Shown one piece after another: positions 57,850-64,000 of a stretch of 64,000 nucleotides of DNA. This DNA comes from an uncultured Chloroflexia bacterium. Lineage in GTDB: Bacteria; Chloroflexota; Chloroflexia; QHBQ01; JADMIH01. Within the stretch, counting starts at the first letter, position 1, and each line of letters starts with the position of its first letter. The DNA lies in assembly GCA_963797095.1 (NCBI GenBank), contig CAWCNY010000004.1, forward strand, positions 512,001-576,000. The letters are read 5' to 3'. The translations under genes were made by a program, and so were the position numbers. A model generated the notes under the pieces. That model was not told the origin of the DNA, did not search any database, and saw only the letters and a list, made by a program, of their open reading frames with translations.

Positions 57850-58184
57850 GGTACCTCCTTGTGTGCGTCCTTCGTCACAAACATACATAGGATGGATGCC
57901 GGGGGAGGATCACCGGCCTACTTTGGGAGTCATTGGCCCGACGTGTAACGATGTACCCCATCGAACGTCTGGTCCGGCTAGGATACACCGCTACAGTAGC
58001 ACCAGTTCCATGCCCTGGATCTTCCAAACCCCGTTCAACCGCAAGACCAGATACGGCTGACCTGAAATAGGCGCTGTAACCAACAACTGTACCAGGCGCT
58101 TGGCCAATTTTCATCCTTGGGGGTGTGCCACAGGCTCATGTACGGCTGATGCAAAGTCGGTATCGGACACACCAGGTTTGGTTA

Positions 58185-58213
58185 TGTCATTCTTCACTTC
58201 GTTCAGAATGACA
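58185..58213 (-). repeat. REP-like element, copy of 13086-13112
   Basis: TGTCATTCTGAACGAAGTGAAGAATGACA on the minus strand. Confidence 0.65.
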
Positions 58214-58366
58214 AGGCCTGGATGGGCGGCCTTTCCCACCGCCTTGTCTGACTTTGCATTAGCCCTGCAAGACCAGCGGGCAAATATCGTCGCGACAAGC
58301 AAGGTACGGTACAATGGCCCTAACTTGCTAGATAGCTGAAGTGGAATCAGGCGTGGAACAGAGCAC

Positions 58367-59929
58367 ATGAACCTGCAGAACAACATCTCAGGGTGGTCGC
58401 TCCGGCAGAAATTGCTGAAGGAAACCCGCAAGTACGGTTTGGAGCAATATATCTTGAGCGTGCCGCTGGTAGTGGGCGTATCGGGCGGGGCCGATTCGCT
58501 CTCGATGCTGCACATGCTACTCGCGCTACGAGGCGACCTGGGAAGGCAAACACTGCATGTCGCCCACTTGAACCATTGGATACGCGGCAAGGAAGCACAT
58601 GAGGATGCGGAGTTTGTAGAGCAATTGGCCGATCAATGGGGACTTGAGTGCACCCTGGCACAATTCGACGTGCCCAATTATGCGCGAAGATATAGACTGT
58701 CGGTTGAGGAGGCTGCTCGGCGCGCCAGGTATGCGTTTTTCGCTGGCCTTGCACAAGAACGAGGCGCGGCCATTGCAGTTGCGCACAACGCCGACGATCA
58801 GGTAGAAACTGTGCTTCTGAGCATCTTGCGCGGTACCGGATTACACGGGCTGGCCGGTATGCAAATGTTGGGGAAGACATATCTACCTCCAACAGACGCA
58901 GCCTTACAGGCTTTTGAAGCGTACGACCCCACCAAAGAGGTGCCTCTGTTTCGCCCGTTGCTGGGGCTGTGGCGCTGGCAGATACTCGAATATTGCAAGG
59001 AAGTTGGACTTGAACCTCGCTGGGACTCCACAAACTGGGAGCGTCATTACAAAAGAAACAGAGTCCGGCATGACCTGGTCCCTCTATTACAGGTGCAATA
59101 TAGCCTGGCTATCAAGGAGCATCTCTATAACCTCTCGATGATCGCTCAGGGCGAAGACGACTGGCTAACCGCCGAAACGTCACATGCAATGGACGCGCTC
59201 GTGCGGTCGGTTGGCACGTATGATGGTCTCGAAGTGCCGGTAAAAGCGTTCGCTGCACTTCGGAAGGGGATGCAGCGGAGAGTAACCAGGCAAGCCCTGC
59301 TGAAGGTGGCCGGGACCGAGCGGGATTTCACCTTCAAGCAGGTGGAAGCGGCGGCTGCGATCCTGGCAGGAGAAGATGGTAGCCCCAGGGCTATGCACCT
59401 CCCGCACGGGCTGGTTGTAGGGCGAGATCGCGAACAAGGATATGTGAGGCACCAGGCCGAGCCGGCTCCCCCCGGCTTGCAACAGGTCACCGAACGCCCG
59501 CTTGTGCCGCGAGACTGGGAGGCAGAATTCGAACCGGAAGCCGAGCTGGCCCTTGAAAGCGGCTGGAGAGTGGAGAGCAGCGTACTCACTGAATCATGGC
59601 TCCCACCCGAGAGCCTTGATAACGATAACCTCACCGTCATGTTCGACCTGGATGAACTTATGAATGAACCGGGATTGGTGTGGCGCACGCGGCTGCCGGG
59701 AGATTACCTAGAGCCGATGGGGCTGAAAGGGAACAAGAGGTTGCAGGACGTAATGGTTGATGCTAAAATCCCCAGAGGGCAGCGTGACCACACTCCGATC
59801 CTGGCGTTCGCAGGCAACAGCGAGGTACTCTGGGTTCCAGGCAAGGGGGGGCGGCGCTCACTGCACGCGCTGGTGTCATCACGAACTAAGCGAGTACTTC
59901 TGATCAGGTGGGTCAGGCGTGACTCGTGA
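58367..59929 (+). CDS. tilS: tRNA(Ile)-lysidine synthetase
   Basis: VSGGADS, EEAARRARY, AHNADDQVET, RPLL, RNRVRH. Confidence 0.96.
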   Translation: MNLQNNISGWSLRQKLLKETRKYGLEQYILSVPLVVGVSGGADSLSMLHMLLALRGDLGRQTLHVAHLNHWIRGKEAHEDAEFVEQLADQWGLECTLAQFDVPNYARRYRLSVEEAARRARYAFFAGLAQERGAAIAVAHNADDQVETVLLSILRGTGLHGLAGMQMLGKTYLPPTDAALQAFEAYDPTKEVPLFRPLLGLWRWQILEYCKEVGLEPRWDSTNWERHYKRNRVRHDLVPLLQVQYSLAIKEHLYNLSMIAQGEDDWLTAETSHAMDALVRSVGTYDGLEVPVKAFAALRKGMQRRVTRQALLKVAGTERDFTFKQVEAAAAILAGEDGSPRAMHLPHGLVVGRDREQGYVRHQAEPAPPGLQQVTERPLVPRDWEAEFEPEAELALESGWRVESSVLTESWLPPESLDNDNLTVMFDLDELMNEPGLVWRTRLPGDYLEPMGLKGNKRLQDVMVDAKIPRGQRDHTPILAFAGNSEVLWVPGKGGRRSLHALVSSRTKRVLLIRWVRRDS

Positions 59930-60597
59930 TCTGGAACGGATTGAAGCCCATTTTCGACCAAATAACAGGGGAGACAGAAGTGCATGATATTGAGCTTGAC
60001 GAACCCATGCAAGGGCACAGCTTGCTGGACGACATTGATCACATACTTGTAAGCGAGCAGCAGTTAGGGCAGGCTATTGCCGACATGGGGCGCGTGTTGT
60101 CCAAAGAGTACGCTGGGCATGAGCCTGTGCTTGTCGGGGTGCTCAAGGGCGCGATCATGTTCATTGTGGACCTGGCGCGGGCAATCAGCCTCCCGGTAAA
60201 GCTCGATTTCATGGCTGTGGCCTCCTACGGCGCGTCGACCGAAACGAGCGGGATCGTGCGCATCTTGAAGGACCTCGATAGCTCTATCGAGGGCAAGCAT
60301 GTGATCATAGTCGAGGACATAATCGACAGCGGGCTGACCCTGAATTACATACTTGAGACCCTGCAAACGCGCAATCCCGCCAGCGTAAAAGTATGTGCCC
60401 TGCTGAACAAACCGGCACGCAGAAGAGTGGATGTGCCGGTTGATTACATCTGTTTCAATATCCCCGACGAGTTTGTCGTCGGCTACGGCCTCGACTTCAA
60501 TCAGATATACCGCAATCTTCCATTCGTGGGCGTCCTGAAACCGCAGTTGTACACCGCTGAAGGAAGCGAGCCGGTCGAGGAAACCGAATCGGAATGA
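59926..60597 (+). CDS. hpt: Hypoxanthine phosphoribosyltransferase
   Basis: VLKGA, IVEDIIDSGLTL, FVVGYGLD, YRNLP. Confidence 0.96.
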   Translation: MIWNGLKPIFDQITGETEVHDIELDEPMQGHSLLDDIDHILVSEQQLGQAIADMGRVLSKEYAGHEPVLVGVLKGAIMFIVDLARAISLPVKLDFMAVASYGASTETSGIVRILKDLDSSIEGKHVIIVEDIIDSGLTLNYILETLQTRNPASVKVCALLNKPARRRVDVPVDYICFNIPDEFVVGYGLDFNQIYRNLPFVGVLKPQLYTAEGSEPVEETESE

Positions 60598-62750
60598 GGG
60601 CGGGCCGGGTAGCGGGTGTAACGCTCTTCTTCCTGGCCTGGGCGCTTGTTTTCACATTCCCTCTGGTCTTGCACCTGGTCGATTCTGTGGTGCTGTCATC
60701 GGGCGGCGACGCCTATCTGCACCTTTGGGACCTCTGGTGGGCAGATAAATCGCTCATCGATCTCCACACGAACCCATTCCATACCGGTTACTTATATTAC
60801 CCGACAGGCGTAAGCCTCTACTACCATTCGCTCGATCTCCTCAACGGCATCGCTTCGATTCCCCTACAGTTGGCAGCAGGGCTGACAGGTGCGTTCAACC
60901 TGCTCCTGCTTGCGAACCTTACTCTCGATGGCGTTGCCGCATACTGGTTGTGCAAAGAGAGAACCGGGAGCACCGGCGGTGCTCTCGTCGGTGGCGTCTT
61001 GTTTGCGTCGGCACCCCTAATGGGCACATCGGTAAACCTGGGCCAACTTGACGAGGTAACAGCCTGGTGGATACCTCTGTACCTTGTGGCGCTCTGGAGG
61101 TTATTGGAGAGTCCGGGCAAGCCCTGGCAGGCTGGCGGTGGGCGGCGCGCCGCCCTAGGTGCGGGGCTGTGCCTGGCCGGAGCCTCATTGGCGACGTGGT
61201 ATTTCACGGCGGGTCTAGCGCTCTTCACAGTGGTATTCGTGCCCTTGTATTTGTGGAACAGACGAAGACTACAGCCCACCTCTGATAACGCGCCGCCCCC
61301 ACCCTCGCAATCCTCATCATTCGCGCGGGATTTGCTAAATGTAGGAATGAAACTCGTCGTAGCTGTCGTGCTTATGGCGGTCCTGTTATCGCCTCTCCTG
61401 AGAGGGATGATCCGCGAGCGCCTGAGTGGAGCGACCTATATGATCCCGTCGTTCGAAACCACCTATTCCAACTCGACCGATCTGGTAGCGCTCTTTCTGC
61501 CGGGGCGCGTTGAAATTGACGCCCTGGATGTGCATGGAAGCAATGTCGCCCTGGGGTGGATGGCCATGGCGCTGGGCGGGCTGGGGCTGTTGAGCAGGCG
61601 AAAGCAAGCATGGCCGGTTCTTGCTGGGCTGGTAGTGATAGTGGTGGTATCGCTTGGCCCTGAACTGCAATTCGCAGGCATTGATACGCATATTCCGTTG
61701 CCCTATCTTTGGCTGAACAACGTGCCCTTCGTGGGAGCATCGCGGCAACCCCTAAGGTTCCTGGCGACCGCTTCGATCCTTCTTGCCCTACTTGCAGCTT
61801 ATGGTGTCGCCTTCCTGATCAACCGGTGGAAAGCAAAGTCTTGGAATCGCGCCATCGTGCCCGCGCTCCTTCTACTCGTAGTCCTTGAGCTTTTCGGCTT
61901 ACCAAGGGCTTTGATTTCAACGCAGGTAGACAAGGCTTATCCCTACATACACGACCGGGCTCAGCCGGGCGGTGTTTTGGAGTTGCCCTACGAGTTGTGG
62001 CAGGCGAAATCGGAATTGAACGCCACTGTGCATGATAAACCCATCTTCGGTGGATACACGTCGCGGCACTTCCCCTATCCTTTCATCGAAGGCGCACCCG
62101 GAGCGGCGCAACTGGCGCTTGGCTACCCGGAAACACTTTCCGCCCCTGACATCATAACGCCCTCGCTGGCGCAGACTGCGCGTGCCAGCCTCGACTACTA
62201 CGGCGTTCGTTACGTAGTCCTGCACAAGAGCGACCTCGCAAGCGGCAGGTTCGGACGGCTTGTGGCGTTGCTCGATGAATTGTATCCTGATGGCCCTGCT
62301 TATGAGAACGATGAAGCGTATGTCTACGTGACTCCCGTCGGCCTTGCTGCCACAGGCGGGCCGGAGGACGCACTACCCTTAGTAGGGCTTGGCAAGGGCT
62401 GGCACGAACTGGAAGAGAACCCTCTGAGGCGGTGGACCGGGGATGACCCTGGCAATGGCAACGCCCAGGTGTGGGTAGGCATTCGCCCGCGAGCGGTGGG
62501 TCGCTACAATCTAACACTTGAGGCGTTCTCGTATGGCAAGCCCCGCCATCTATTGGTGGTAGTTAATGGGACAACGCTCCTCCAGAAGGAAATCGGTCTT
62601 GCACCGGAAACCTTGGATATAGACATGGGCGACCTGGGTGCCGGGGACTATCTGGTCGAATTGAACGTGCAGGAGTTGCCGGACAGTCCGCCCAACGACC
62701 GGCGCTTGCTCAGCATAGGCTATTCCCAGGTGGCGGTGGAGAGGCGCTAG
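60594..62750 (+). CDS. Multi-pass GT-C/YfhO-like membrane protein
   Basis: GGDAYLHLWDLWW, YYPTG, RQPLRF, GGYTSR, GVRYVVLH. Confidence 0.7.
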   Translation: MRAGRVAGVTLFFLAWALVFTFPLVLHLVDSVVLSSGGDAYLHLWDLWWADKSLIDLHTNPFHTGYLYYPTGVSLYYHSLDLLNGIASIPLQLAAGLTGAFNLLLLANLTLDGVAAYWLCKERTGSTGGALVGGVLFASAPLMGTSVNLGQLDEVTAWWIPLYLVALWRLLESPGKPWQAGGGRRAALGAGLCLAGASLATWYFTAGLALFTVVFVPLYLWNRRRLQPTSDNAPPPPSQSSSFARDLLNVGMKLVVAVVLMAVLLSPLLRGMIRERLSGATYMIPSFETTYSNSTDLVALFLPGRVEIDALDVHGSNVALGWMAMALGGLGLLSRRKQAWPVLAGLVVIVVVSLGPELQFAGIDTHIPLPYLWLNNVPFVGASRQPLRFLATASILLALLAAYGVAFLINRWKAKSWNRAIVPALLLLVVLELFGLPRALISTQVDKAYPYIHDRAQPGGVLELPYELWQAKSELNATVHDKPIFGGYTSRHFPYPFIEGAPGAAQLALGYPETLSAPDIITPSLAQTARASLDYYGVRYVVLHKSDLASGRFGRLVALLDELYPDGPAYENDEAYVYVTPVGLAATGGPEDALPLVGLGKGWHELEENPLRRWTGDDPGNGNAQVWVGIRPRAVGRYNLTLEAFSYGKPRHLLVVVNGTTLLQKEIGLAPETLDIDMGDLGAGDYLVELNVQELPDSPPNDRRLLSIGYSQVAVERR

Positions 62751-62754
62751 TTAT

Positions 62755-63999
62755 TCAGCTTACGCCTGATGCCCGGTACCACGCCTTCTCCAGTTGGGGA
62801 GCCACATTTTCGACCCGCAACGTATCGGCCATTTTGAGGGCGTTTGCGCTGATTTCAGAGTAGTAGTCAGGCTCACGAATCAGCTTCAGGATGGCGGCAG
62901 CTATTGCCTCCGCTGAGCGTGGCCGGATGGACACGCACGCATCGTGCGGAGCCAGGTAGGAGGCTATACCCGTGGTCTCGGTAACTACTGAAGGTGTGCC
63001 CACGGCGGCGGCTTCCGGCACCACCTTGTTCTGGGCTTCAAGGATTGAAGGGCAGACGAAGATTTCAGCACCTGCCAGGTGGTCACGTACCAGCGAGTGC
63101 TCGACCTGCCCTGTGAAGATGATATGATTGCCAACGCCTGCCCTCTCGGCGCGCTCGCGCAGGAACTCACGGTAATCGCCGTAGGTTTCGGTGGTACGTG
63201 AAGGCCCGCCGATTATCAACCAGGGAGGCTCCTGTCCTGCAGCCCTCATATCATCCGCAACGATCTTCATGGCATCAACAAGGTACTCAAGCCCTTTGAA
63301 CGGGTGGAGCCTGCTCAACGCCATGACTACAGGGCGCGATAGACCTGCCCCGTATCTGTGAGCCAGCAGAGCGCGACCATCCTCCCTCAACCTGGGCAAC
63401 GGTATATCAGCGGGGGGAAACGCATTGAGTTCAATGGCTCGCAGAATCACTGTGATGCCGTCGCGCCGGGCAAGCTCCTCGTCAACCAGATAATCAGCCA
63501 GCAACGACGAGATGACGCGGATCAAGGCGGCATGATCCAACGCCTGTCTCACCGCGATGCGTGGTAGAGGGAAGCGGCGGTAGCCGTAGTCGTAATCGGG
63601 CAGGTCGATCACATCGGCACCCTGGACATTTACCAGATAAGGAGTCTTCCCGCTGCCCCTTGCTGCTGCCCAGCCAAAAGGGTAAGCGCCCTCTACGTGC
63701 ACCAGGTCGTAGTGGTAGCGGCTCAGGTGGCGCTTGTAGGCGTCTAGCAAGGCGAACATGTATTCGTAGCGCATGAAGCGTTCGGCACCCCAGGTCCTGA
63801 ACCTTGCAGGGATGCTGAGAAGCGAGCCGGGAAAGCCGGTACGGCTTCTGGTCGCGAGATTGAAAGTATATGTGGGCACGCCCAAATAGATCGCTTTGCC
63901 AAAGCGCGCCTCCCCCGGTTGAGTGACCTGGGTGAACACATCTACTCTGTGTCCGCGCTCGCGGAGAGCCAGAACGGTCTCCTCGTGGCTGGCATTCCC
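62755..63999 (-). CDS. GT4 glycosyltransferase, 5' end outside the window
   Basis: RERGHRVDV, LSRLHPFKG, EAQNKVVPEA (EX7E). Confidence 0.88.
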   Translation of the reverse strand, partial: GNASHEETVLALRERGHRVDVFTQVTQPGEARFGKAIYLGVPTYTFNLATRSRTGFPGSLLSIPARFRTWGAERFMRYEYMFALLDAYKRHLSRYHYDLVHVEGAYPFGWAAARGSGKTPYLVNVQGADVIDLPDYDYGYRRFPLPRIAVRQALDHAALIRVISSLLADYLVDEELARRDGITVILRAIELNAFPPADIPLPRLREDGRALLAHRYGAGLSRPVVMALSRLHPFKGLEYLVDAMKIVADDMRAAGQEPPWLIIGGPSRTTETYGDYREFLRERAERAGVGNHIIFTGQVEHSLVRDHLAGAEIFVCPSILEAQNKVVPEAAAVGTPSVVTETTGIASYLAPHDACVSIRPRSAEAIAAAILKLIREPDYYSEISANALKMADTLRVENVAPQLEKAWYRASGVS

Positions 64000-64000
64000 C

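Noticed and set aside
34618-58300. Integrase-type island at tRNA-Gln
   Set aside because: No integrase gene and no duplicated tRNA 3' end found by eye.

Overview
Bacterial chromosomal window, most likely Chloroflexota (inferred from SLH-tailed and FxETG/QYFERA-repeat proteins and a USP-GpgS fusion). 1-20.7 kb is core-like: an interrupted pur cluster (purC end, purS, purQ), a PP2C/VWA/GpgS-like operon, class I aldolase, an ABC exporter and LOG, punctuated by mosaic 7-bp tandem repeats. 20.7-34.6 kb holds two inverted copies of a single-ORF IS66-family element. Each sits with its 8-bp target duplication exactly 6 bp upstream of the TTGACA -35 box of a consensus tRNA promoter (tRNA-Pro CGG, tRNA-Gln CTG), in the same relative orientation. 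Their TSDs are swapped, so the 9-kb segment between them is inverted (real or an assembly artefact). An ISL3-type MITE and an ISAs1 lie at the same promoter-proximal sites. 34.6-58 kb is accessory: pseudogenes, two non-autonomous IS200/IS605-like mini-elements, a LuxR/SnoaL/TusA/DsrE cluster, and a KimA-like permease with KdpD/E and matching operator boxes. The window ends with tilS, hpt and glycosyltransferases. The best candidate for something new is promoter-guided targeting by an IS66 element. All calls are from reading the sequence; no searches were run.
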